From assembly GCA_964291405.2 (NCBI GenBank), contig OZ219926.1:800001-864000 (forward strand): 64,000 bases of DNA. Reading direction: 5' to 3'. This DNA is from Thermodesulfobacteriota bacterium (lineage in GTDB: Bacteria; Desulfobacterota; Binatia; Bin18). This document shows, one piece after another, positions 1-9,141 of the stretch. The first letter of the stretch is position 1; each line of letters begins with the position of its first letter. The translations under genes and the position numbers were made by a program. Below the pieces are notes generated by a model. That model worked only from the letters and a program-made list of their open reading frames with translations. It ran no database searches and was not told where the DNA came from.

Positions 1-1095
1 GCCTATATGTCGCCGCTGTTAAAAGCCGTTGAAACGGCCGGCATCAACGGCCTGCGACGCAAAGCCGTGCCCGCCGAGATTGGGACGGCCGATTTCTTTG
101 ACCCGGCAGAAGAACTGCGCCTTGCGTTCGCCCGGCTCATACATACCTCGCCCGAGCGGATCGCCCTTATCCCTGCGGTCAGCTATGGGATGGGTATCGC
201 GACATATAATCTCCCGCTCAGACCGGACCAGAACGTCGTGATTCCCGGCGAGGAGTTCCCGAGTAACGTCTACCCCTGGCTGGAGCAGTGCAAGCGCACG
301 CGCGCTACCTTGCGTCGAGTTGACCGGCCCCAAGAGTCGCACGCACCGGGAGCGGTCTGGAACGCAAGATTTCTCGAAGCCATCGATACCCATACTGCCG
401 TCGTCGCCCTGAGTAGTGTGCACTGGACGGATGGCACGCTCTTTGATCTGGAACAGATTGGACAGCGGGCTCGCGCTGTGGGCGCCCTGTTTATCGTGGA
501 CGGCACCCAGTCGGTCGGCGCTCTGCCGTTTGATTTCGAGCGGGTTCAGCCCGACCTTTTGGTCTGTGCCGGTTATAAGTGGCTGCTCGGCCCCTACCAG
601 TACAGCTTCGCGGCTGTCGGTGATCGCTTGCTGAACGGCGAGCCATTTGAGCACAACTGGATTAACCGCAAAGACAGTCAGAATTTCAGCGCCTTGATCA
701 ATTATCAGTCCGAATATCAACCAGGGGCGCGACGCTTTGATACCGGGGAGCGCTCAAATTTCATTATGATTCCCATGCTCTTCACGGCCCTCAAGCAGAT
801 CGGCGAATGGGGAGTGGACAATATCCAGACTTACTGCGCACGGCTGAGCGAAGAACTTGGTCAGGCCCTTGAGGGGACTCCTTACACGGTCGCGCCACCA
901 CACGAGCGCGCAGCCCACCTATTTGGTGTTCGGATTGCCGATGTCGAGCAGATCTCCGCTATTCTCGAAGCCTTACGTCAGCGCGACGTGTACGTCTCGC
1001 AGCGCGGCGCCTCTATTCGCGTGTCGCCCCATGTCTACAATACGAAGGAAGATATTATGGCGCTGGCCGAGGCACTGCGGGCAGTCGCACGCTAG
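1..1095 (+). CDS. PLP-dependent aminotransferase class V family protein (5' end probably upstream of window)
   Basis: AYMSPLL N-terminal segment, EFPSN, VDGTQSVGA, GYKWLLGP (PLP lysine) and IRVSPHVYN motifs; frame open from base 1. Confidence 0.85.
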   Translation, partial: AYMSPLLKAVETAGINGLRRKAVPAEIGTADFFDPAEELRLAFARLIHTSPERIALIPAVSYGMGIATYNLPLRPDQNVVIPGEEFPSNVYPWLEQCKRTRATLRRVDRPQESHAPGAVWNARFLEAIDTHTAVVALSSVHWTDGTLFDLEQIGQRARAVGALFIVDGTQSVGALPFDFERVQPDLLVCAGYKWLLGPYQYSFAAVGDRLLNGEPFEHNWINRKDSQNFSALINYQSEYQPGARRFDTGERSNFIMIPMLFTALKQIGEWGVDNIQTYCARLSEELGQALEGTPYTVAPPHERAAHLFGVRIADVEQISAILEALRQRDVYVSQRGASIRVSPHVYNTKEDIMALAEALRAVAR

Positions 1096-1287
1096 CCCCC
1101 ACCGATATCTTTTGATCGTGCTTGTGAGCTTGTCGGGTTTGACTATTTGGTATATGCCTCTGATTTTCTCATGGTAAATGGCCAACCGACGGGCTGGACT
1201 ACTTCTTCTCTGGAAACCCTGCCACTCTCCAAAGAAGAAAGGCGGGGAATATATGGTGGCAATATGGCGCGATTTCTGAAACGCTAG
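1096..1287 (+). pseudogene. Probable C-terminal remnant of an amidohydrolase
   Basis: Frame without a proper start reads ...ELVGFDYLVYASDF...LPLSKEERRGIYGGNMARFLKR*, resembling the amidohydrolase_2 C-terminus. Confidence 0.45.
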
Positions 1288-1349
1288 ATGGACAAATCAG
1301 GGCAAAAATTTCTCAGCAGGGACACACGTAAAGAAAGGAGAGATGAGCA

Positions 1350-1781
1350 ATGCATACGAATACGTTTCTAGCTGTAGCGATGCTCGGAGCCGCCTTGACA
1401 TGGACGGGATGCGAATTGGGAGCCGGAGATTCAGAAGTCAACGTCGAAGCCATTTCCGGCAGCAAGATGGTAGTGACAGGGATCGATGACTTCGAGTGCT
1501 TTCGCGCCGAGGTCCAGTCGGCACAGCAGCCGCCCGTGCATGTCCCCCAGGACGAAGGGGCAACAGAAAAAGTCGTCAATGGAGAGGCCACGATTCCCGT
1601 AGCTATGAGCGTCGGCGAAATCATCGTTACCAAGGTGAGGCTCACGATTCCAGAGAACTGCGGGTCGGTGAATGGGGAAATTGAATATAGAGGGGATCCC
1701 AACTCCAATGTGCACGGACCTCTCCCCTTCACCTTTATCTCTGGTGACACCCAGACCTTTCCGCGCCACACCTTCAAATAG
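1350..1781 (+). CDS. Hypothetical lipoprotein
   Basis: AAGGAG RBS, hydrophobic signal peptide, lipobox-like WTGC. Confidence 0.65.
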   Translation: MHTNTFLAVAMLGAALTWTGCELGAGDSEVNVEAISGSKMVVTGIDDFECFRAEVQSAQQPPVHVPQDEGATEKVVNGEATIPVAMSVGEIIVTKVRLTIPENCGSVNGEIEYRGDPNSNVHGPLPFTFISGDTQTFPRHTFK

Positions 1782-1890
1782 CGCCGGGTCCGACCCTATC
1801 TCTTCAGACGGTCTGGATTCGAGCCCCTTTGAGACTGACCTCTCAGCGCATCAGTGCTGGGAGGTCTCCGTCCGAGATCAGGAGACGAGT

Positions 1891-2487
1891 GTGAGTGATA
1901 CGGCGACTCGGCGAGCGGAGTGGGAAACCCGCTATCACACCGGCCACACCGCTTGGCAACGGGAAGCGGCCAACCCGGCCCTTTTCACCTGGCTGGCGCA
2001 AGGCCTGCTGCACCCGTGTCGCATACTTATTCCCGGCTGTGGGCGTTGCCATGAGGTGGTCACCCTGGCCCAGCAGGGGTTCGAGGTCACCGCCGTTGAT
2101 CTCGCCCCAGCGGCAATACACGGCGCCCAACGGTTGATTAAGAACGCGGGTGTTGCCGCGGAAGTCATTCAAGCCGACTTACTCGACTGGGATGCCCCGG
2201 CCCGCTTCGATGCAGTCTACGACCAGACCTGTCTGTGTGCCCTCGATCCCTCAACCCGCCAGGACTACGAACGCCAACTCTTCTCGTGGCTCAGGCCGGG
2301 CGGACAACTGTTTGCCCTCTTTATGCAGGCGACCAATCCGGATGGTCCTCCGTTTCCGTGCGATCTCGACACCATGCATCAGCTTTTTCAGGACGCTCGC
2401 TGGAAATGGCGGGACGCTGAGCCGCTCTCCATTCCACATCCGGCCGGACTGCACGAGTTAGGCTGTATCCTTACGCGTCGGGCCTAG
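1891..2487 (+). CDS. Thiopurine S-methyltransferase (TPMT) family SAM-dependent methyltransferase
   Basis: WETRY..GHTAW, ILIPGCG motif I, VYDQTCLCAL, GPPF; GTG start after GGAG. Confidence 0.85.
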   Translation: MSDTATRRAEWETRYHTGHTAWQREAANPALFTWLAQGLLHPCRILIPGCGRCHEVVTLAQQGFEVTAVDLAPAAIHGAQRLIKNAGVAAEVIQADLLDWDAPARFDAVYDQTCLCALDPSTRQDYERQLFSWLRPGGQLFALFMQATNPDGPPFPCDLDTMHQLFQDARWKWRDAEPLSIPHPAGLHELGCILTRRA

Positions 2488-2562
2488 CGAATCCGTTCGC
2501 CTCCTGTGACCTCTCTCAAGGCAGACTCCATCGCAGCGCGCGGGTGAAACACCAGGAGCGGA

Positions 2563-3483
2563 TTACGTGCCACCTCTTTCGTAGTACTCAAAAACACGAA
2601 AGATAATCCGCGCCGGTCTAAAATAGGAGGCGTTCTTATTAACGACTTGGCGCTTGACCGTTTGGGTCGTCCAATTGCCGAAGGCATCGTACCGATAGGT
2701 AAACATCTCGGTGTGGCGCCGCCGACCATCATCCACGTACACAATACGCTCAGTCGGATCACCGTTGTTATTGAAGTGGGTGTCCGTTCGCTCACTCAAC
2801 CGGGAGTTCGAGGCATAGACAAAAGAGACTCGGGTCACCAGGGTTCCCCGAAAATCGCGGTGGTAGACGACCTTCTTCACGAGCGTATCTGCTGCGTCAT
2901 ACCACAACTGCTCTTCAATATTTCCCTGAACATCGTAACGCGAGGCCGTACGGTTTTTCAGCTCACCGCCTGGCTGATAGGTACGAGACTCGATTTCCCA
3001 GCCATGGTCGTCATACTGAAAATTTGTTTGTTCTGTCAGCACATCCCTGGCCGAATAGGAACGCGACTCGGTCGGGGAGCCGTGGTCGGCATAGGATGAG
3101 ACAGCGCGTCCCAAAAGGCTGTTCTCCGGCCCGTAGCGCAGCACTTCTCTTTCATTTGTACGCGCGTCGTACAAAAAGACTGCACGCTCACGGAGCGTTC
3201 CATCCGGGTCATACGAGAGGCGCTCAGTGCAATTGCCACGCCGGTCAAACCGATCAGCACGAATCGGCAGTTCTGCCTGCGACTCCCACTTGTCACCCTG
3301 TTTCACTAGGTCGGCCCGAAAGATGGATAACGATCTGACGGGCCCCCGCAGTCCGAGGACGTCCCTTTCGGTCTCCGTTTGCTGTCTCGGGCCAGGAGAG
3401 CGCACGCTTTCGCAGGACAAACAGAGCAGTCCAAGGAGAAAGGCGCTGAGGAACCGATACAGGTCACGCTTGAGTCTTGGCAT
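2563..3483 (-). CDS. YD/RHS-like repeat lipoprotein
   Basis: Lipobox CLSC, LGLRGPVRS, repeated YDxxG motifs, YRYDAFGNWT near C-terminus. Confidence 0.7.
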   Translation of the reverse strand: MPRLKRDLYRFLSAFLLGLLCLSCESVRSPGPRQQTETERDVLGLRGPVRSLSIFRADLVKQGDKWESQAELPIRADRFDRRGNCTERLSYDPDGTLRERAVFLYDARTNEREVLRYGPENSLLGRAVSSYADHGSPTESRSYSARDVLTEQTNFQYDDHGWEIESRTYQPGGELKNRTASRYDVQGNIEEQLWYDAADTLVKKVVYHRDFRGTLVTRVSFVYASNSRLSERTDTHFNNNGDPTERIVYVDDGRRRHTEMFTYRYDAFGNWTTQTVKRQVVNKNASYFRPARIIFRVFEYYERGGT

Positions 3484-3563
3484 TATTTTTCTATTTTCCG
3501 TATTTGAAAAAAGTGTGGTAGATTTCATACTGCTTGCCTTAACTCAGATGAAGAGCGCTCATC

Positions 3564-4600
3564 ATGCTGTTTCGCGAACTCAACCGCAGCGCCACCAAGA
3601 CCTATCTGATTGGGTGCGAAAAAACACAGGAAGTCGCCCTCATTGACCCGGTCTTGGAAAAAACCGACCGCTATCTCGCCCTGCTCGCCTATTATGGATA
3701 TACGCTCAACAGCATCATCGATACGCACACCCACGCGGATCATTTAACGGGGAGTTGGGAGTTGCGGGATCTGACCGATGCGCCGGTGATCATGCATCGA
3801 CGAGCCCCCGCCCCGCATGTTGATATGCATGTCGAAGACGGACAACTCATCCGAGTTGGGACGCTCACCCTACACGTGCTCGCAACCCCAGGCCATACGC
3901 CTGACAGTATGTGCCTCCACGCCATGGATCGAGTGTTCACCGGCGATACCCTGTTTATCCACGGCACCGGGCGGACCGACTTTCCCGAGGGCGACCCAGG
4001 CGCCCAGTACGACAGCATCTATCATAAACTGTTTCCGCTGCCCGACAGCACGCTGGTCTTTCCCGGTCATGATTATCGGGGACATACCCAATCCACTATC
4101 GGCGAAGAAAAACAGACAAATCCACGCGTTGCCGGGCGCAGTCGCCAGGAATATGTCGATTTGATGAACAACCTCCACCTCTCACTGCCGGATAAAATTC
4201 AGGAAGTTCTCCAACCGAACCAGTCTGCCATTGAAGACCAATCCATCCAGTTTCCGAGTCTCTCGGCACTGAATGGCGTGCGCCAGCTTTCCGCCCAAGA
4301 AGTCCAAGCCCAACGGGAGAGCACTACCCCCCCGCTCTTGCTTGATGTTCGTGAGCCAGACGAGTACAGCGATGACCTTGGCCATATACCGGGCAGCATC
4401 CTCATCCCCTCAAAGAGGTGCCGGCACGGGCGGGAGAAATTGAACACCATAAAGACGGTCATATCATTGTTGTATGTCGGGCCGGAGTCCGCAGTACAAC
4501 GGCCGCCGCTATTCTTACCGGTCTTGGATTCGAGCGTGTTTCAAATCTCAAAGGGGGGATGCTGGACTGGAATGAACAACAGTTACCCATTGCGCGCTAG
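3564..4600 (+). CDS. Persulfide dioxygenase (ETHE1-like MBL fold)-rhodanese fusion, with a frameshift at about 4406-4410
   Basis: THTHADH, TPGHT, FTGDTL, GTGRTDF, PGHDY motifs; rhodanese LDVREPDEY..GHIPGS continues in the 4418-4600 frame with CRAGVRS and LKGGMLDW. Confidence 0.85.
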
Positions 4601-4660
4601 TTGGGAGAGCGTGGCGGCTCGCCCGAGATCCGACGCACACCGCGGGAAGGAGCAGACCAC

Positions 4661-6205
4661 ATGGAAGCAGCCACTCACGAAGCGTCCCCAGCAGCACCCG
4701 AAGTGAGATGGGCCAAGGTCATTGATCACACCAAATGTATTGGCTGCCATGCGTGCAGTACAGCCTGCAAATCAGAAAACCATGTCCCAGTCTCGGTCAA
4801 TCGCACCTATGTGAAATACACCGACGTGGGCACCTTCCCGAACGCTCGGCGAGCTTTTCAGGTCACCCGTTGCAATCAGTGTCAGGACGCACCCTGCACC
4901 CACGCCTGTCCGACCGCGGCCATGTACGCCCGGTCTGACGGCATTGTGGATTTTGACAAATCCATCTGTATTGGCTGCAAAGCCTGTATTGCGGCCTGTC
5001 CGTACGACGCGATCTTTATCAACCCCGAAGACCACTCGGCCGAGAAATGCAATTTTTGTGCGCATCGGATCGATATGAACCTGGAGCCGGCCTGCGTTGT
5101 GGTATGCCCGACAGAAGCGATTATGGTGGGCGACCTGAATGACTCCGGTTCAAGCGTGGCGGCAATCGTGGGCCGGGAGCCCGTTGCCGTGCGGCGTCCT
5201 GAAAAGGAAACCCACCCCAAATTATTCTACACCGGCGCCCACCAGGCTACGCTCGACCCACTGGCTGCCACACGGCCCGAAGGCGGCCTTTTTCTGTGGA
5301 GTGAGCAGGGCCGGGGAGCGCAACAGGTGACCTCAGGCCATCCGACCCGGCACAACAGCTCCGCCCAGGCCGTGCTGGCCTATGACGTGCCACACCGTGC
5401 CCCGTGGGACTGGCGGCTGAGCCTGTATACCTGGACCAAAGGACTGGCCTCGGGAGCCTATCTGATTCCAGCCTTTCTGGTGCTCTTTGGAGTGCTGAGT
5501 CCTGAGCATATGCTCTGGCAATGGCTCGCCCCGATTCTGAGCGGGATATTTCTCGCCCTCACCGGTCTGATTCTTATCGCCGATTTGGACCACCCCGAGC
5601 GCTTTATGCTGATCTTTACCCGCCCGCAGTGGAGGAGTTGGTTGGTCCGGGGCGCTTTTATCATCCTGGGTTTTGGCAGTGTTCTATTCCTCCACTTTCT
5701 GGCCACCCTCCTTGTAGGCGGAACCGCATGGCAGTCGGGCCTGATGCTGATCGGTATCCCACTTGGCGTACTGACGAGTGTGTATACCGCCTATCTCTTT
5801 GCACAATCTACTGCCCGTGACCTGTGGCAAAACCCACTCCTTCCCCTCCATTTTCTCGTCCAAACGCTTATTGCAGGAGCCGCTGCGCTCCTCCCCTGCG
5901 CGGTCTGGTGGGCACCTACCGTGGTTTCACCGGTCGCCACACTCCTGGGAGTAGCGTGCGCGCTGCATCTCCTCTTGGTGAGCGGGGAATTCACCCTGCA
6001 CCATCCCACCGTCCATGCGCATCTCGCCGCTGCCGAGATGACGAAGGGCCAATACCGGACGTATTTCTGGGGTGGCGTACTCCTCATCTCTCTCGGCCTG
6101 CTCGCGCCGTGGGCCGGCATACCAGCAGGGTGTGCGGCCCTCATTGGATTGCTGGCATATGAACACGCCTATGTTCAGGCCGGGCAAAGCGTACCGCTCG
6201 CCTAG
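4661..6205 (+). CDS. 4x[4Fe-4S] ferredoxin (NrfC/PsrB-like) fused to NrfD/PsrC-like membrane anchor
   Basis: CIGCHACSTAC, CNQCQDAPC, CIGCKACIAACP, CNFC..CVVVCP; then multiple TM helices with ADLDHPERF and SWLVRG; AAGGAG RBS. Confidence 0.9.
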   Translation: MEAATHEASPAAPEVRWAKVIDHTKCIGCHACSTACKSENHVPVSVNRTYVKYTDVGTFPNARRAFQVTRCNQCQDAPCTHACPTAAMYARSDGIVDFDKSICIGCKACIAACPYDAIFINPEDHSAEKCNFCAHRIDMNLEPACVVVCPTEAIMVGDLNDSGSSVAAIVGREPVAVRRPEKETHPKLFYTGAHQATLDPLAATRPEGGLFLWSEQGRGAQQVTSGHPTRHNSSAQAVLAYDVPHRAPWDWRLSLYTWTKGLASGAYLIPAFLVLFGVLSPEHMLWQWLAPILSGIFLALTGLILIADLDHPERFMLIFTRPQWRSWLVRGAFIILGFGSVLFLHFLATLLVGGTAWQSGLMLIGIPLGVLTSVYTAYLFAQSTARDLWQNPLLPLHFLVQTLIAGAAALLPCAVWWAPTVVSPVATLLGVACALHLLLVSGEFTLHHPTVHAHLAAAEMTKGQYRTYFWGGVLLISLGLLAPWAGIPAGCAALIGLLAYEHAYVQAGQSVPLA

Positions 6206-6216
6206 GGGACATCATC

Positions 6217-9141
6217 ATGAGTACTGAGAGACCCAATAAACGCGTGTCTGCCGCTCGTCAGGATACAGAGGCACGGGAGGAGACGTTTTATCCAGGACCA
6301 AGTCGCAATCACCTCGCGTCGTTTCCTCCCAAGGAACGCTGGGACGATTGGATTGAGTTGGACGCCCGCGCCTGGCCGCGACGCGTCGAACAACGCTCGA
6401 TGCTTGTTCCCACCACGTGTTTTAACTGCGAGTCAGCCTGCGGCCTGCTGGCCTATGTTGATCCGGAGACGCTCAGCGTCAGAAAATTCGAGGGTAATCC
6501 TGAACATCCGGCCTCACGGGGCCGGAACTGCGCCAAGGGCCCAGCCACACTCAACCAGATCAACGATCCTGACCGCATTCTCTACCCCCTGAAACGGGCG
6601 GGAAAACGTGGCGAAGGAAAGTGGCAACAGGTTTCCTGGGACGAGGCGCTCGGTGATATTGCCGGCCGCCTTCGGCGGGCGCTCCAGGAAGGCCGTCGCA
6701 ACGAAATCATGTACCACGTTGGCCGTCCTGGCGAGGATGGTTACACCGAACGCGTCCTGGCCGCCTGGGGTGTCGATGGCCACAACTCCCATACCAATAT
6801 CTGTTCGTCCGGGGCTCGCGCCGGATATCATTTTTGGATGGGTGCGGACCGCCCCAGCCCCGACCACGAACATGCCGATGTCATCCTTCTCATCAGCGCC
6901 CACCTGGAATCGGGCCATTATTTTAATCCGCACGCCCAGCGCATTATGGATGCCAAGCGGCGTGGGGCCAAGCTCATCGTCTTTGACGTCCGCCTGTCCA
7001 ATAGCGCCACCCACGCCGACCATTGGGTTGCACCCTATCCGGGAAGCGAGGCGGCCATTCTACTCGCTATAGCCAATCACCTTATTCAGACCGAACAATA
7101 CAACCGCACTTTTGTGCGTGACTGGTGGAACTGGCAGGAATATCTCCAAGAAGAGCGGCCTGACCTGGAGCCTACGTTTGAAAACTTTGAGGCCGTGCTG
7201 AAACAGCTCTATACTGAGTACAGCTTCGCCTTTGCAGCCCAGGAATCCGGGGTCAGCCCGCAGACCATTGAGGCCATCGCCACCCTGGTTGCCTCCGCTG
7301 GAACGCGACTGGCGACCCACACCTGGCGGAGTGCGTCCGCCGGAAATCTCGGCGGCTGGCAGGTGGCGCGGGCGCTGTTTTTCCTCAACGCCCTCACGGG
7401 CGCGGTAGCAACACCGGGCGGGACGTATCCCAATGCGTGGAACAAGTTTGTGCCACGGCCCATCCATACCCCACCCCATCCAGCCATGTGGAATACGCTT
7501 TCCTGGCCGGCCGAATACCCGCTGGCTATTCACGAACTGTCTTTTCTACTGCCGCATTTTCTAAAAGAAGAACGCGCCAAACTCGATGTCTATTTCACCC
7601 GTGTGTATAACCCGGTCTGGACCAATCCCGACGGGTTTTCGTGGATTGAAACCCTCAGCGATGAACAAAAAATCAGCTTGCACGTTGCCCTGACTCCAAC
7701 CTGGAACGAGAGTGCCTACTTCGCCGATTACATTCTGCCCATGGGCGTTGGTAGCGAGCGCCACGACACGCATTCCTACGAAACGCACGACGCCCAGTGG
7801 ATCGGGTTCCGTCAGCCCGTCCTGCGAGCCGCCAGAGAACGCCTCGGTCAGCCGGTGACAGATACGCGCCAGGCAAACCCAGGCGAAGTCTGGGAAGAGA
7901 ACGAGTTCTGGATCGAGTTATCCTGGCAGGTCGACCCGGATGGCTCGCTGGGGATACGCCAATATTTTGAATCCAAAGCCCACCCAGGCCAGAAGCTTAC
8001 CCTTGACGAGTATTACGGGTTTATCTTTGGGCAGTCAGTTCCAGGGCTCCCGGAACAGGCCGCCGCCCAGGGACTCTCGCCGCTGGCCTATATGCGTCGC
8101 TACGGCGCGTTTGAAATCCAAAAAAACATCGGAGCGGTCCACGCACAAACAGTCCCACCAGTTGAACTGGACAATACCCAGGTTGACCATCTGGGCCGTG
8201 TCTTCACCGCAAGCCCCAAGCCCGCCGGTCCGAATATCGTCCCCCTGCCCTCGCCGGATGGGGATACAGATGGCCGTCGCCATGTTGGCGTCAAAATAGC
8301 GAGCCGAGACGGTAACGTATATCGCGGCTTTCCAACCCCAAGCGGACGCCTTGAGTTTTATTCAAAGACCCTGAAGGACTGGGGCTGGCCGGAATACGCC
8401 CTCCCCACGTATAGCAAGAGCCATATCCATCCCGACCGGCTCACGGACGACCAAATGGTCTTGATCCCGACCTTTCGCCTACCGGTCCAGATTCACACCC
8501 GGAGCGCAAATGCCAAATGGCTGGACGAGATTGCCCACACCAACCCGCTCTGGCTGCATCCCGGTGATGCCAAGCGCCTGGGTGTAGTCACAGGAAACCT
8601 CGTCCGGGTCGAGACCGAGATCGGCTATTTTGTGCTCAAAGCCTGGGTGACAGAAGGGATTCGACCCGGCATCGTTGGCTGTAGCCACCACATGGGCCGC
8701 TGGAAGCTCGATCAGGCTGGCCAGCGTCAGATGATGGCCACGGTCGGACTCGACCGAAACGGCAGTCAGTGGCACTTGTCTCGCAAGCAGGCAGTCCACG
8801 GCTATCCGAGTGAGGATGCCGATAGCGCACGTGTCTGGTGGACGGATACCGGCGTACATCAGAATCTCACCTTTCCGGTCCACCCTGACCCGATCTCCGG
8901 CATGCACTGCTGGCACCAAGCCGTTCGCGTTCGTCCTGCCCAAAAAGGCGATCAGTATGGGGATATTCAGGTCGATACGGACAAGGCGCATACCGCGTAT
9001 AAGAAGTGGCTCGAACTGACCCGGCCGGCCAGTCAGGTCTCGCCAGACGGCTCACGGCGGCCCTACTGGATGTTACGCCCACTCAAGCCAGGCCGAGAGA
9101 ATTATCAACTGCCTGAGACGGAGCGACCGCCTAAGGACTGA
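6217..9141 (+). CDS. Molybdopterin oxidoreductase (DMSO reductase superfamily) catalytic subunit, no Tat signal
   Basis: CFNCESACG..C FS0 motif, RILYPLKR, HNSHTNICSSG, FPTPSGRLEF, C-terminal molydopterin-binding domain. Confidence 0.9.
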   Translation: MSTERPNKRVSAARQDTEAREETFYPGPSRNHLASFPPKERWDDWIELDARAWPRRVEQRSMLVPTTCFNCESACGLLAYVDPETLSVRKFEGNPEHPASRGRNCAKGPATLNQINDPDRILYPLKRAGKRGEGKWQQVSWDEALGDIAGRLRRALQEGRRNEIMYHVGRPGEDGYTERVLAAWGVDGHNSHTNICSSGARAGYHFWMGADRPSPDHEHADVILLISAHLESGHYFNPHAQRIMDAKRRGAKLIVFDVRLSNSATHADHWVAPYPGSEAAILLAIANHLIQTEQYNRTFVRDWWNWQEYLQEERPDLEPTFENFEAVLKQLYTEYSFAFAAQESGVSPQTIEAIATLVASAGTRLATHTWRSASAGNLGGWQVARALFFLNALTGAVATPGGTYPNAWNKFVPRPIHTPPHPAMWNTLSWPAEYPLAIHELSFLLPHFLKEERAKLDVYFTRVYNPVWTNPDGFSWIETLSDEQKISLHVALTPTWNESAYFADYILPMGVGSERHDTHSYETHDAQWIGFRQPVLRAARERLGQPVTDTRQANPGEVWEENEFWIELSWQVDPDGSLGIRQYFESKAHPGQKLTLDEYYGFIFGQSVPGLPEQAAAQGLSPLAYMRRYGAFEIQKNIGAVHAQTVPPVELDNTQVDHLGRVFTASPKPAGPNIVPLPSPDGDTDGRRHVGVKIASRDGNVYRGFPTPSGRLEFYSKTLKDWGWPEYALPTYSKSHIHPDRLTDDQMVLIPTFRLPVQIHTRSANAKWLDEIAHTNPLWLHPGDAKRLGVVTGNLVRVETEIGYFVLKAWVTEGIRPGIVGCSHHMGRWKLDQAGQRQMMATVGLDRNGSQWHLSRKQAVHGYPSEDADSARVWWTDTGVHQNLTFPVHPDPISGMHCWHQAVRVRPAQKGDQYGDIQVDTDKAHTAYKKWLELTRPASQVSPDGSRRPYWMLRPLKPGRENYQLPETERPPKD

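Noticed and set aside
1093-1095. Pyrrolysine or amber readthrough
   Set aside because: The upstream protein ends at its family's normal C-terminus, the downstream part is only a fragment, and no pyl genes are seen
4411-4706. Novel C-terminal extension on the 380-aa ORF
   Set aside because: Out-of-frame readthrough after the indel; the real rhodanese end is in the 4418-4600 frame
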